Positions 9,335 to 18,290 of a DNA stretch of 31,051 bases are shown in pieces (the stretch's first letter is position 1; every line of letters starts with the position of its first letter). Source of the stretch: Candidatus Methylomirabilia bacterium (lineage in GTDB: Bacteria; Methylomirabilota; Methylomirabilia; Rokubacteriales; CSP1-6). Below the pieces are notes generated by a model that worked only from the letters and a program-made list of their open reading frames with translations, was not told where the DNA came from and ran no database searches. The position numbers were made by a program, and so were the translations under genes. The stretch lies in NCBI GenBank assembly GCA_041492755.1, contig JBGPXN010000044.1, positions 1-31,051 on the forward strand, read 5' to 3'.

Positions 9335-10492
9335 ATGCCGGGGCGCCCGTTTCTCCAGATTCCTGGTCCCACCCTCGTCCCCGATCGCATCGTTCGGGCC
9401 ATGGCACAGCCGATCATCGACCACCGCGGGCCGCGGTTCGAACAGCTCGTCGCCGATTGCCTCGACGGTCTCCAGCGCATCTTCCAGACGCGCGGTCACG
9501 TCCTCCTCTTTCCGGGATCCGGCACCGGCGCCTGGGAAGCGACGATCGTGAACACGCTCTCGCCGGGCGATCGCGTCCTCGCCGTCATCAACGGCTTTTT
9601 CTCCACCGGCTTCGCGCGCACTGCCACGTCGTTCGGTGTCGACGTCGAGCGGCTGGAGGTTCCCTACGGCGCCGGGGCGCCTGTGGACGCGATCGAGGCG
9701 CGGCTACGCCGTGACGCCGCCCACGAGATCCGTGCCGTGCTCGTCGTGCACAACGAGACGTCGACCGGCGTGACGTCCGACGTCGCGGCGGTGCGGGCGG
9801 CGATGGACCGGGCCCAGCATCCCGCGCTGCTGCTCGTCGACACCGTGTCCTCGCTGGCCTCCATCGACTTCCGGATGGACGACTGGCGCGTGGACGTCGC
9901 GCTGACCGGACCGCAAAAAGGTCTGATGCTGCCGCCGGGCATGGCGATCCTCGCCGCCAGCGACAAGGCCGTCGCCGCGAGCGAGAAGGCGGCGTGCCCG
10001 CGCTCGTTCTGGGACTGGCAGGCGGTGATCGAGCGCAACCGGCGCGGCCAGTATCCCTACACGCCGGCCACGGCCCTGCTCTTCGGCCTGCGCGAAGCGA
10101 TCGCCATGCTGGAAGAAGAAGGCCTGGCGAACGTGTTCACGCGCCACGCCCGGCTCGCCGAGGCGTGTCGACGCGCCGTGCGCGCCTGGGACCTGACGCT
10201 GCTCTGCCGGAACCCCGCGGAGTACTCCAACACGCTGACCGCCGTCGTCATGCCGGCCGGCCGCGACTCCGACGACTTCGTCCAGCACGCCCAGCGCACG
10301 CTCGACATGTCCCTCGGCCTCGGGCTCGGCGACGTCAAAGGCAAAGTCTTCCGCATCGGCCACCTGGGAAGCCTGAACGAGCTCGAGCTGCTGGGCGGAC
10401 TGGCGGGGCTGGAAATTGCGCTGAAGAGGTTCGGGATCCCGATCCGCCTCGGTGCGGGCATGGCCGCCGCCGAAGAGTCCCTCCTCAGCTAG
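9335..10492 (+). CDS. Serine/alanine-glyoxylate aminotransferase (class V PLP)
   Basis: Motifs FLQIPGPT, DHRGP, GSGTGAWEA, VHNETSTGV, VDTVSSL, GPQKGLMLPPG, FRIGHLG. Confidence 0.92.
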   Translation: MPGRPFLQIPGPTLVPDRIVRAMAQPIIDHRGPRFEQLVADCLDGLQRIFQTRGHVLLFPGSGTGAWEATIVNTLSPGDRVLAVINGFFSTGFARTATSFGVDVERLEVPYGAGAPVDAIEARLRRDAAHEIRAVLVVHNETSTGVTSDVAAVRAAMDRAQHPALLLVDTVSSLASIDFRMDDWRVDVALTGPQKGLMLPPGMAILAASDKAVAASEKAACPRSFWDWQAVIERNRRGQYPYTPATALLFGLREAIAMLEEEGLANVFTRHARLAEACRRAVRAWDLTLLCRNPAEYSNTLTAVVMPAGRDSDDFVQHAQRTLDMSLGLGLGDVKGKVFRIGHLGSLNELELLGGLAGLEIALKRFGIPIRLGAGMAAAEESLLS

Positions 10493-10520
10493 GAAGCGGG
10501 GGCCGGCGGGGCCCCCGTTC
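10493..10520. terminator. GC-rich hairpin between convergent genes (probable terminator)
   Basis: Stem gcgggggcc / ggcccccgt immediately after the aminotransferase stop. No strong U-tract. Confidence 0.45.
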
Positions 10521-10526
10521 AGGAAA

Positions 10527-10880
10527 CTACCGACCGAGCGCTTTCTGTAGGTTCTGGGACTGGATGCCGTTGGTGAGGTCTCGATCGCGCCACGGTGGAC
10601 GCACGGTCGGCTGTGTTTGCTCGCGGAGGATCTCCGCGCGCCGCTGCTGGCGCTGGAGCTCAGCCGTCACGGCCTCTGCGTCCTGCGCCGCCGTCTCGGA
10701 CCGTGGAACAGGCCGCAGCACGGGCCGCCGGCCCTTGGGTGACGGAATCTCCGACTGCTTGATTTCCATCTGCACGCCGCCCTGGTCGGGCGCCGGGGCC
10801 GGCGCGGGGGCCTGAGCCGCGACCGCCAGCGGCAGGGCGAGGACGAGGGACAGTGCGCCAACGATCGTCATCTTGCCCAT
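10527..10880 (-). CDS. Hypothetical secreted protein (117 aa)
   Basis: Sec signal MGKMTIVGALSLVLALPLAVAA followed by a Pro/Ala linker. SD GGAGG and extended -10 (TGTAGGCT) upstream. Confidence 0.8.
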   Translation of the reverse strand: MGKMTIVGALSLVLALPLAVAAQAPAPAPAPDQGGVQMEIKQSEIPSPKGRRPVLRPVPRSETAAQDAEAVTAELQRQQRRAEILREQTQPTVRPPWRDRDLTNGIQSQNLQKALGR

Positions 10881-10961
10881 GGGTGACCCTCCGCGCTCAG
10901 CCTACACCTCAACGTCGAGGGGAGCGAGGGCGGCTCCTCGACAAGGGGTGGGCGCGGGCCA

Positions 10962-11429
10962 TCAGTGGACGCTGACGTCGTTGCTGAGCTCGTTCACGTC
11001 GTCCGGGCGACGCGGGAAGTGTCGAGCCAGGACGCTGCCGACTTCTTCGACGGCGTCGACGATCGCGCGCAACGCCTGGCCCGCGCGCAGCGAGCTGGCC
11101 ATGCGATCGCGCACGCCGGCCCAGTAGTCGTCGCCGACGTGCCGATGGATGCCGGCGTCACCGACGATGGCGAACTTGCGGTCGCCGACGGCGAGGTAGA
11201 TGAGAACGCCGTGCCGTTCGGCCGTGCGCTCCATTCCCAGGCGGTGGAAGACGGCGTGGGCCCGCGCGAGCGGGTCGCCCGCGCGGAACCACCGGCGCGG
11301 GACACGCCGCTCCATGTGCACGCGGATCTCGGCCGAGGTCCGGGCCTCGGCGCCGCCGATCGCGCGCGCGATGGCGTCGAAGGTCTCTTCACCGCCCAGA
11401 AGTCGGACCGCCCACGCCGGATGTGCCAT
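10962..11429 (-). CDS. TPM domain-containing protein (short form)
   Basis: Motifs AEARTSAEIRVH, T.ERHGVLIYLA..DRKFAIVGDAGI, HFP...DDVNELSN. ATG overlaps the upstream stop (TGATG). Confidence 0.88.
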   Translation of the reverse strand: MAHPAWAVRLLGGEETFDAIARAIGGAEARTSAEIRVHMERRVPRRWFRAGDPLARAHAVFHRLGMERTAERHGVLIYLAVGDRKFAIVGDAGIHRHVGDDYWAGVRDRMASSLRAGQALRAIVDAVEEVGSVLARHFPRRPDDVNELSNDVSVH

Positions 11430-12157
11430 CACCAGTCGCCGCTCGCACCGCCGCCCCCGAAGCCGCCGCCGCCCCCGGAGAAACCACCCCCGCCGCCGGA
11501 GGATCCTCCTCCCCAGGAACCGCCCCCTCGGCCGCCCCACCACGGGAAGAAGATCAGCGGCGTGGCCCAGCCTCCACGTCCACTCGTGTAGGCGCCCTGG
11601 CGTCCTCGCGCACGCGCGAGGACGATGAACGCGATGATCGCCCCCAAGATCACGATGCCGACCACCGGCAGGCCACCGCCGTCGCGGCGCGCGGGTGGCG
11701 GGGGCGCGCCGCGGCTCTCGACGCGAGCGAACACGGCCGTGACCGCGTCCTCGAGCCCCTGGGCGTAGCGGCGCTCGCGAAAGCGCGGCCCGATGACTTC
11801 GCGAATGATGCGCCCGGCCTCGGCGTCGGGGATCACGGGCTCGAGCCCATAGCCAACCTCGAACCGGAGCTTGCGGTCCTTCGCGAAGACGATGAGGATC
11901 ACGCCGTTGTCGAGGCTCTTCTGCCCGACGCGCCAGCGCTCGGCGAGCCGGATGCCGAAGTCCTCCAGGTTCTCGCCCTCCAGCGACTGGAAGATCGCGA
12001 TCACCATCTGCGCGCCGGTCGCGCGCTCGCGCTCGGCCAGCCGCGCCTCGAGCCGTTGCGCCTCCGCCGGGGCGAGGAGCGCGGCCGTATCCGTCACGCG
12101 AGTCGACGGTGGCGGCGGGATGACGAGGGCGGCGGCGAGGAGTGCAGCGAGCAGCAG
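11429..12157 (-). CDS. TPM domain-containing membrane protein with Gly-rich tail
   Basis: Motifs RVTDTA.LL, W.VGQK..DNGVIL, RFEVGYGLE..IPD, a TM helix and GGGGFSGGGGGFGGGGASGDW. The signal-peptide-like segment begins at CTG 12157; the first canonical start is GTG 12097. Confidence 0.88.
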   Translation of the reverse strand: MLLAALLAAALVIPPPPSTRVTDTAALLAPAEAQRLEARLAERERATGAQMVIAIFQSLEGENLEDFGIRLAERWRVGQKSLDNGVILIVFAKDRKLRFEVGYGLEPVIPDAEAGRIIREVIGPRFRERRYAQGLEDAVTAVFARVESRGAPPPPARRDGGGLPVVGIVILGAIIAFIVLARARGRQGAYTSGRGGWATPLIFFPWWGGRGGGSWGGGSSGGGGGFSGGGGGFGGGGASGDW

Positions 12158-12159
12158 GA

Positions 12160-12756
12160 CTAGAACTTCACGCGGGGTGGGGTCGCGGCGTCCGGCGCCG
12201 CCTCGAAGTAGGCCTTCGCTTGGAAGTGCGCCAGGCCCGCGACCAGGCTGGCCGGGAACACGCGGATCTGCGTGTCGTAGGCGCGGACGCTCTCGTTGTA
12301 GCGGCGGCGCTCGACGGCGATCCGGTTCTCCGTGCCTTCGAGCTGCGTCTGGAGCGCGAGGAAGTTCTGGTTGGACTTCAGCTCGGGGTAGCGCTCGACC
12401 GTCACCAGCAGCCGGCTGAGCGCGCCGGTGAGCTGACTCTGCGCGGCCTGGAAGCGCTCCATCGCCTTGGGGTCGTTCAACGCCTCCGGCGTGAGCTGCA
12501 CCCCGGTGGCGCCGGCGCGGGCGCGCGTCACCGATTCCAGGACTTCACGCTCCTGGGTGGCGAACCCCTTCACCGTCTCCACCAGGTTCGGGATCAGGTC
12601 CGCGCGGCGCTGGTAGACCGTCTGCACCTGGGCCCACGACGCATTGACGTCCTGCTCCAGGTTCACGAGCTTGTTGTTGATCCCGATGCCCCAGGCCACC
12701 ACCGCGATGCCGATGAGGACGATCGCGCCCAGGCCGATGAGGAGTCCGCGTGCCAT
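12160..12756 (-). CDS. lemA: LemA family protein
   Basis: N-terminal TM helix, WAQVQTVYQRRADLIPNLVETVKG, ERYPELKSNQNF, GTENRIAVERRRYN. ATG at 12756 lies 7 nt after TATAAT. Confidence 0.95.
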   Translation of the reverse strand: MARGLLIGLGAIVLIGIAVVAWGIGINNKLVNLEQDVNASWAQVQTVYQRRADLIPNLVETVKGFATQEREVLESVTRARAGATGVQLTPEALNDPKAMERFQAAQSQLTGALSRLLVTVERYPELKSNQNFLALQTQLEGTENRIAVERRRYNESVRAYDTQIRVFPASLVAGLAHFQAKAYFEAAPDAATPPRVKF

Positions 12757-12821
12757 CCCGCTGATTATACGCGGGAGTCCACCGTTGACCGTCGGTCGAG
12801 CCGCGGCATAAACTGCGCGCC
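12757..12821. promoter_or_regulatory. Divergent sigma70-type promoters for lemA and the hot-dog gene
   Basis: Minus strand: TATAAT at 12764-12769. Plus strand: TTGACC 12785-12790, 18-nt spacer, TAAACT 12809-12814. Both -10 boxes are 7 nt from an ATG. Confidence 0.75.
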
Positions 12822-13649
12822 ATGTCACCAGAGTTCCTGCCCGAATACCGTGTCAAAGCCCTGAACACCTCGCGCCACGGTGAGAACTTGATCCACGACG
12901 ACACCGTGGCCCGGCAATACGGCTTCCCCGGCGCGTTCGTCCCCGGCGTGACGATCTACGCCTACATGACTCACCCGGTGGTCCAGACCCTCGGCCCGGC
13001 CTGGCTGGCTCGCGGCACCGCCAGCGTTCGATTCCTCAAGCCGGTCCTGGAAGGCGAGGAGGTCGTCGTCGCGGGCAGCGTCACCGGGCGCGATGCACGC
13101 GGGATCACCGCCACCGTGACCGCTCGAACCGACAGCAGCGGCGAGTGCGCGGTCGCCACCGTGACGTTGCCGGCCGGCTCGCCGACGCCGGTCAACCGCG
13201 CGCCCTACGCCGAGGCGCCGTTGCCCGCGGAGCGTCCGGTGGCCACGCGCGCCCATCTGGAAACCCTCGACCGCCTCGGCACGCCGGTCGCGACCTACGA
13301 CGAAGCGCTGGCGACGACGTACGTCGAGGAGAAGGGCGACGATCTCGCGCTCTATCGCGGAGCGGACGGCCACGTGCATCCCGCCTTCCTGCTCACCGAG
13401 GCGAACCGCGCGCTGTCCCGGAACGTGCGCGTGAGCCCGTGGATCCACGTCGGCAGCGCGGTGCGCCATCTCGGCGCCCCCCGTATTGGTGACACGCTGT
13501 CCACCCGTGGCCGCGTGCGCTCGCTGTTCGAGAAGAAGGGACGCGAGTTCGTGGAGCTCGACCTGCTGGTGGTGTCGGGAACGAACGCGCGGCCGGTCGC
13601 GCACATCCTGCACACCGCGATCTATCGCCTGCCCGCGCCGCCAGCCTGA
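12822..13649 (+). CDS. Double hot-dog (MaoC-like) dehydratase-family protein
   Basis: Hydratase-2-like motif ENLIHDDTVARQYGFPGAFVPG, RFLKPV, and a second domain with WIHVGSAVRH...FEKKGREFVELD. Confidence 0.8.
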   Translation: MSPEFLPEYRVKALNTSRHGENLIHDDTVARQYGFPGAFVPGVTIYAYMTHPVVQTLGPAWLARGTASVRFLKPVLEGEEVVVAGSVTGRDARGITATVTARTDSSGECAVATVTLPAGSPTPVNRAPYAEAPLPAERPVATRAHLETLDRLGTPVATYDEALATTYVEEKGDDLALYRGADGHVHPAFLLTEANRALSRNVRVSPWIHVGSAVRHLGAPRIGDTLSTRGRVRSLFEKKGREFVELDLLVVSGTNARPVAHILHTAIYRLPAPPA

Positions 13650-13708
13650 GCGTTGTAAGCGGGGGGCCGCCGTGTTAGAAACAGCCATTCTGCCGACGGG
13701 GGCACTCG

Positions 13709-14917
13709 ATGGACCTCACGTACACGCCTGAAGACATCGCCTTCCGCGCCGCCACCCGGCGCTGGTTCGAGACCAACAAGCCGGCGACCGAGCCGAAGAC
13801 GCTCGACGACCGCAAGGCCTGGCACCGCAGAATGTACGAGGCCGGGTACGTCGGCATGCTCTGGCCCAAGGAATACGGGGGGCGCGGGGCGACGCCGATG
13901 CAGCAGGCCATCGTGCAGGACGAGATGGCGCGGGCGGGAGCGCCGCCGCCCATCAACGGTCTCGGCATCGGCTTCATCGGGCCGACCATCATCGTCCACG
14001 GCACCGAGCCGCAGAAGCAGCGGTACCTCAAGAAGATGCTCACGGCCGAGGAGATCTGGTGCCAGCTCTACTCCGAGCCCAACGCCGGCTCCGACCTCGC
14101 GAGCCTGCGCACACGCGCGGAGGACGCGGGCGATCACTTCGTGGTGAACGGCCAGAAGATCTGGACCTCCAGCGGCCCCATCGCGGACTGGGGGATCCTG
14201 CTGGCCCGAACGGATAGCAAGGTCGCCAAGCACAAGGGCATCTCGTGCGTCCTCTTCAGCATGCGTCAGCCCGGCGTCGAGGTGCGGCCGCTCAAGCAGA
14301 TCACCGGCAGCTCGCTCTTCTCCGAAGTGTTCATGACCAACGCCCGCGCCGAGAAATCCGATCTCATCGGCCGGCTCAACGGGGGTTGGGAGATCGCGCA
14401 GACGACGCTCGGCTACGAGCGGGGCGCCAACTCGCTGGGCCGGGTGACCCGCTACCTCACGGCGTTCCACCAGCTCGTGAAGTCCGCGAAGGAGCTGCGG
14501 CGCAACGGCCGGCCTTTGATCGAGGATCCCGTGGTCCGGAACAAGATCGGGCGAGTGTTCGCCGAGATGGAGGTGCAGCGCTACGCCGCGCTCCGTGTGC
14601 TGTCCGCGCTGCAGAAGGGCGAGCCGATCAGCTCCGCGTCGTCGATCACGAAGCTGTCGTACACGGAGTTCGAGAAGCGGTACTTCGAGATCTGCCTGGA
14701 GATCCTCGGCCCGTGGGGACAGATCATGACGTCGTCCCCGGACGAGGTCGAGGAGGTGTCGACGTCGAACGGGGAGCCCGGAACGTTCGCCACCGCCTTC
14801 CTCTTCTCGCGCGCGGGCACGATCTACTCGGGGTCCTCGGAGATCCAGAAAAACGTCATCGGGGAGCGCGTGCTGGGTCTGCCCAAGGAGATCCGCGCGG
14901 ACCGGGTGAAGGGATAA
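13709..14917 (+). CDS. Acyl-CoA dehydrogenase (probable catalytic subunit of a two-gene pair)
   Basis: Motifs WPKEYGG, WCQLYSEPNAGSDLASL, NGQKIWTS, LGYERG, TIYSGSSEIQKNVIGERVLGLP. Confidence 0.93.
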   Translation: MDLTYTPEDIAFRAATRRWFETNKPATEPKTLDDRKAWHRRMYEAGYVGMLWPKEYGGRGATPMQQAIVQDEMARAGAPPPINGLGIGFIGPTIIVHGTEPQKQRYLKKMLTAEEIWCQLYSEPNAGSDLASLRTRAEDAGDHFVVNGQKIWTSSGPIADWGILLARTDSKVAKHKGISCVLFSMRQPGVEVRPLKQITGSSLFSEVFMTNARAEKSDLIGRLNGGWEIAQTTLGYERGANSLGRVTRYLTAFHQLVKSAKELRRNGRPLIEDPVVRNKIGRVFAEMEVQRYAALRVLSALQKGEPISSASSITKLSYTEFEKRYFEICLEILGPWGQIMTSSPDEVEEVSTSNGEPGTFATAFLFSRAGTIYSGSSEIQKNVIGERVLGLPKEIRADRVKG

Positions 14918-14921
14918 AGCG

Positions 14922-16043
14922 ATGGACTTCGCGTTCAGCCCGGACCAGCAGCTACTGAAGAACTCCGCGCGCCAGTTCCTCGACGCTCAGTGCAAGCCGG
15001 CGACGGTGCGGCTGCTGTGGGACGATCCCCGCGGCGAGAGCGAGGCGATGTGGAAGGAGATGGCCCAGCTCGGCTGGCTGGGCCTGGCGCTGCCCGAGGC
15101 CTACGGCGGCAGCGGCCTCGGCATGGTGGAGACCGCCCTCCTCCTCGACGAGATGGGGCGCGCGAGCTATCCCGGGCCGTACCTGGCGACGATGGTGGCG
15201 GCGCGCGCCCTCATGGAGGCCGGGACCGAGGCGCAGAAGGATCGCTGGCTCGCCGCGATCGCCGCCGGCGACGCGCGCGCCACGGTGGCGTTCCTGGACG
15301 CCGATCTCTCCTGGGATCCCGAGGCGATCGCCACCACGGCGCAGCGCGACGGCGCGGGCTGGCGACTCACCGGCGTGAAGCAGTTCGTGCCGTGGGCGCA
15401 CGTCGCCGACGCCATGCTGGTTCCGGCGCGCACACCCGACGGGATCGGCCTGTTCATCGTCGAGCGCGGCGCGGCCGCGCTGAAGCTCTCCCCGGTCGCC
15501 GGCATGGATCTCGCCACGCGCTGGCTCAAGGTCGAGCTCCAGGGGGTGCCGGTCGCCGCCGGCGGCGTGCTCGGCCCTCCGGGTCAGGCGCGGCCGCTGC
15601 TGGAGCGGCTGTTGCGGCTGGGCGCGGTCGGCGCCGCCGCCGAGATGCTCGGCGCCGCGCGCCGGTGTCTCGACATGGCCGTCGAGTACGCCAAGGTGCG
15701 CGAGCAGTTCGGCCAGCCGATTGGATCGTTCCAGGCGATCCGCCACAAGTGCTCCGAGATGCTGGTCGAGGTCGAGAACTCGCACTCGGCGGTGTACTAC
15801 GCCGCGTGGGCGCTCGACGCCGGTGCCGAGGACGCGGATCTCGCCGCCTCCGTGGCCAAGGCCTACGTCGGCGACGCCGCGCGCAAGGTGTGCGGCGAGG
15901 CGATCCAGGTCCACGGCGGCATCGGCTTCACCTGGGAGTACGACCTGCACCTGTATTTCAAGCGCGCCAAGGCGCTGGAGCCGCTGTACGGCGACGCGGA
16001 CTACCACCGCGAGCTGATCACGCGGTACGTCGCAGACCGATGA
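14922..16043 (+). CDS. Acyl-CoA dehydrogenase (partner subunit)
   Basis: Motifs LPEAYGGSG, GVKQFV, REQFGQPIGSFQAIRH, IQVHGGIGFTWE. Confidence 0.93.
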   Translation: MDFAFSPDQQLLKNSARQFLDAQCKPATVRLLWDDPRGESEAMWKEMAQLGWLGLALPEAYGGSGLGMVETALLLDEMGRASYPGPYLATMVAARALMEAGTEAQKDRWLAAIAAGDARATVAFLDADLSWDPEAIATTAQRDGAGWRLTGVKQFVPWAHVADAMLVPARTPDGIGLFIVERGAAALKLSPVAGMDLATRWLKVELQGVPVAAGGVLGPPGQARPLLERLLRLGAVGAAAEMLGAARRCLDMAVEYAKVREQFGQPIGSFQAIRHKCSEMLVEVENSHSAVYYAAWALDAGAEDADLAASVAKAYVGDAARKVCGEAIQVHGGIGFTWEYDLHLYFKRAKALEPLYGDADYHRELITRYVADR

Positions 16044-16176
16044 AAACGGTGCTTCTCAGTCGAAGGGGGCCTCGACGGCCCCCTCCGAGCCGCCCCCTCG
16101 GAGTTGCGCGGGCGAAGCCCGCGCTCGAATCGCGCCCCTACCCGCCTCGCATCTGCACCGTTTTGATCGGTCTGCG
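16031..16176. repeat. Structured intergenic repeat, copy A (core 16060-16128), enclosed by a 22-bp inverted repeat
   Basis: Arms cgcagaccgatgaaaacggtgc (16031-16052) and gcaccgttttgatcggtctgcg (16155-16176) have one mismatch. Internal hairpins are shared with copies B and C. Confidence 0.75.
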
Positions 16177-16194
16177 TTTCGCCGTGGTTGCCTA

Positions 16195-17370
16195 GTGGCC
16201 GACGCCGCTCCGCCGCTCGATGGCATCCGCGTCGTCGACCTCACCAGCTACATCGCGGGCTCGTACGCCGCGATGATGCTCGCGGACCTGGGCGCGGAGG
16301 TGGTGAAGGTCGAGGCCCTGGAGGGCGACAACTTCCGCGAGCTGCCCGGCTTCTTCGGCTGGAATCGCGGCAAGCGCTCGATCGCGGTCAACGTGAAGAC
16401 GCCCGAGGGGCGCGCCATCGTCGAGGAGCTCGCGCGCCGTGGCGATGTGTTCATGGAGAACATGCGCCCCGGGGTTGCCGATCGGCTGGGCGTCGGCTCC
16501 GCGCGACTGCGCGAGGTCAATCCCCGGCTGATCTACTCCTCGGTCACCGGCTTCGGGACGACCGGGCCGTACGTCGACCGCCCCGCCTTCGATCCGCTGC
16601 TGCAGGCGATGAGCGGAATCATGAACATCCAGGGCTTCACCGGGCCCCCGCAGTACGTGCGGGTGGCGGTCACCGACTACTACACGGCCGCGCTGTCCGC
16701 GCAGGCGATCCTGGCCGCGCTCTTCGTGCGCGAGCGGACGGGTCGCGGTCAGCGCGTCGAGACGTCGCTCCTGCACGCGGCGATGGCGCTGAACTCGGGC
16801 GCGATGGTCGAATACGCGGGCAAGCCGACGCTCGCCCGCGACAACCCGACCTACCGCCTGTACCAGGCCGCCGACGGCGCGTGGTTCTTTCTCGCCTGCG
16901 GCAACCAGAGCTTCTGGGTCAAGCTCTGCACGGCGATGGAGATGGAACCGCTCGCTGCCGATCCCCGGTTCGGCTCGTGGCTGCTGCGGCTCGACAACCG
17001 CGAGGAGCTGCTGCCCATCCTGGAAGCCAAGTTCCGCAGCAAGCCGCGCGACCACTGGATGCAGGTGCTCGCCGCCCACGACATCCCGGCCGGCCGCGTC
17101 CAGCCCCTGACCGAGTTCATGAAGGACCCCGCGGTCCTCCATCACGACATGGTCCACGAGTACGACCATCCCGAAGCCGGGCACCTGCGGTTGATGGGCC
17201 AGCCGCTCGTCTTCGACGGCACCCCCACGCGTGACCCGGGCGCGCCGCCGACGCTGGGCGAGCACACCGACGACGTGCTCCGCGACCTCGGGTACGACGC
17301 GGCTGCCATTACCGACCTGCGCGCGCGCGGCATCGTGACCTCGCGGCTGCGCCCGGGACCCCCTCGATGA
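16195..17370 (+). CDS. CaiB/BaiF family CoA transferase
   Basis: Motifs PLDGIRVVDL, LADLGAEVVKVE, NRGKRSIAV, ENMRPG, FDPLLQAMSG, APPTLGEHT. Confidence 0.93.
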   Translation: MADAAPPLDGIRVVDLTSYIAGSYAAMMLADLGAEVVKVEALEGDNFRELPGFFGWNRGKRSIAVNVKTPEGRAIVEELARRGDVFMENMRPGVADRLGVGSARLREVNPRLIYSSVTGFGTTGPYVDRPAFDPLLQAMSGIMNIQGFTGPPQYVRVAVTDYYTAALSAQAILAALFVRERTGRGQRVETSLLHAAMALNSGAMVEYAGKPTLARDNPTYRLYQAADGAWFFLACGNQSFWVKLCTAMEMEPLAADPRFGSWLLRLDNREELLPILEAKFRSKPRDHWMQVLAAHDIPAGRVQPLTEFMKDPAVLHHDMVHEYDHPEAGHLRLMGQPLVFDGTPTRDPGAPPTLGEHTDDVLRDLGYDAAAITDLRARGIVTSRLRPGPPR

Positions 17371-18149
17371 CCTACGAGACGATTCGCGTGGAGACCGCCG
17401 ACGGCGTGGCCACCATCACGCTCAACCGGCCCAGCGTGCACAACGCCATGAACGACCTCATGCGCCGCGAGCTGCTCGACGTCTTCACCGGCCTCACGAC
17501 CGACGAGGCCGTGCGCGTGGTCGTCGTCACCGGGGCCGGCGTGCGCGCGTTCTCCGCGGGCGCCGACATCCGGAGCTTCGTGGAACCTCAAGATGCAGTG
17601 GCGTATCGCGAGCAGCGGCGGCGGATCGAGTTTCGCCAGGTGATGGAGACGTGTCCGCAGCCGATCCTGGCCGCCATCCGCGGCTACGCGCTCGGCGGCG
17701 GGCTCGAGCTCGCGCTGACCTGCGACATCCGCATCGCCGGCGACGACGCGCAGCTCGGTCTCACCGAGGTCAACCTGGCGATCATCCCCGGCGGCGGCGG
17801 CACGCAGCGCTTGCCGCGACTGGTCGGCCGCGGAAAAGCCCTGGAGATGATCCTCACCGGTAGCAGGATCAGCGCCGCCGAGGCCCTCCGCATCGGCCTC
17901 GTCGAGCGCGTGGTCCCCACCGCCGAGACCCTCACCGCGACGCAGGAACTCGCCCGCACGCTGGCCGCCAAGGCCCCCGTCGCCCTCCGCTACGCCAAGG
18001 AAGCCGTCGTCAAAGGCCTCGGCATGTCCCTCCCCGACGGCCTGCACCTGGAACACGACCTCTCCACGTTACTGCGCACCACCGAAGACCGCCTCGAAGG
18101 CGCCCGCGCCTTCCTCGAAAAACGCCCCCCGAAATGGACCGGCCGCTAA
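17367..18149 (+). CDS. Enoyl-CoA hydratase/isomerase (crotonase)
   Basis: Motifs ITLNRP, AFSAGADI, GYALGGGLELAL.CD, EVNLAIIPGGGGTQRLPRLVG. Both catalytic Glu residues are present. ATGA overlap with the upstream gene. Confidence 0.95.
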   Translation: MTYETIRVETADGVATITLNRPSVHNAMNDLMRRELLDVFTGLTTDEAVRVVVVTGAGVRAFSAGADIRSFVEPQDAVAYREQRRRIEFRQVMETCPQPILAAIRGYALGGGLELALTCDIRIAGDDAQLGLTEVNLAIIPGGGGTQRLPRLVGRGKALEMILTGSRISAAEALRIGLVERVVPTAETLTATQELARTLAAKAPVALRYAKEAVVKGLGMSLPDGLHLEHDLSTLLRTTEDRLEGARAFLEKRPPKWTGR

Positions 18150-18161
18150 CCGGAAGGACGG

Positions 18162-18283
18162 GCCGTTTTCGAGCGGCGGCTTCGCCGCCGCCATCGAAGG
18201 GGGGAGGCAGCGAAGCAGGCCGCAGGCCCGCGGAGCGTCGGAGGGGGGCGCAGCCCCCCTCCGAGGATAAGCCCCCCTCCGAG
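18162..18283 (-). repeat. Structured intergenic repeat, copy B (reverse orientation), with a 14-bp terminal duplication
   Basis: The reverse complement aligns along its length with 20487-20592. agcccccctccgag occurs at both 18252-18265 and 18270-18283. Confidence 0.85.
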
Positions 18284-18290
18284 TGAATTG

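Noticed and set aside
11432..11545. GCC/CCG-rich tandem-like repeat
   Set aside because: Explained by the Gly-rich C-terminal tail typical of TPM proteins.
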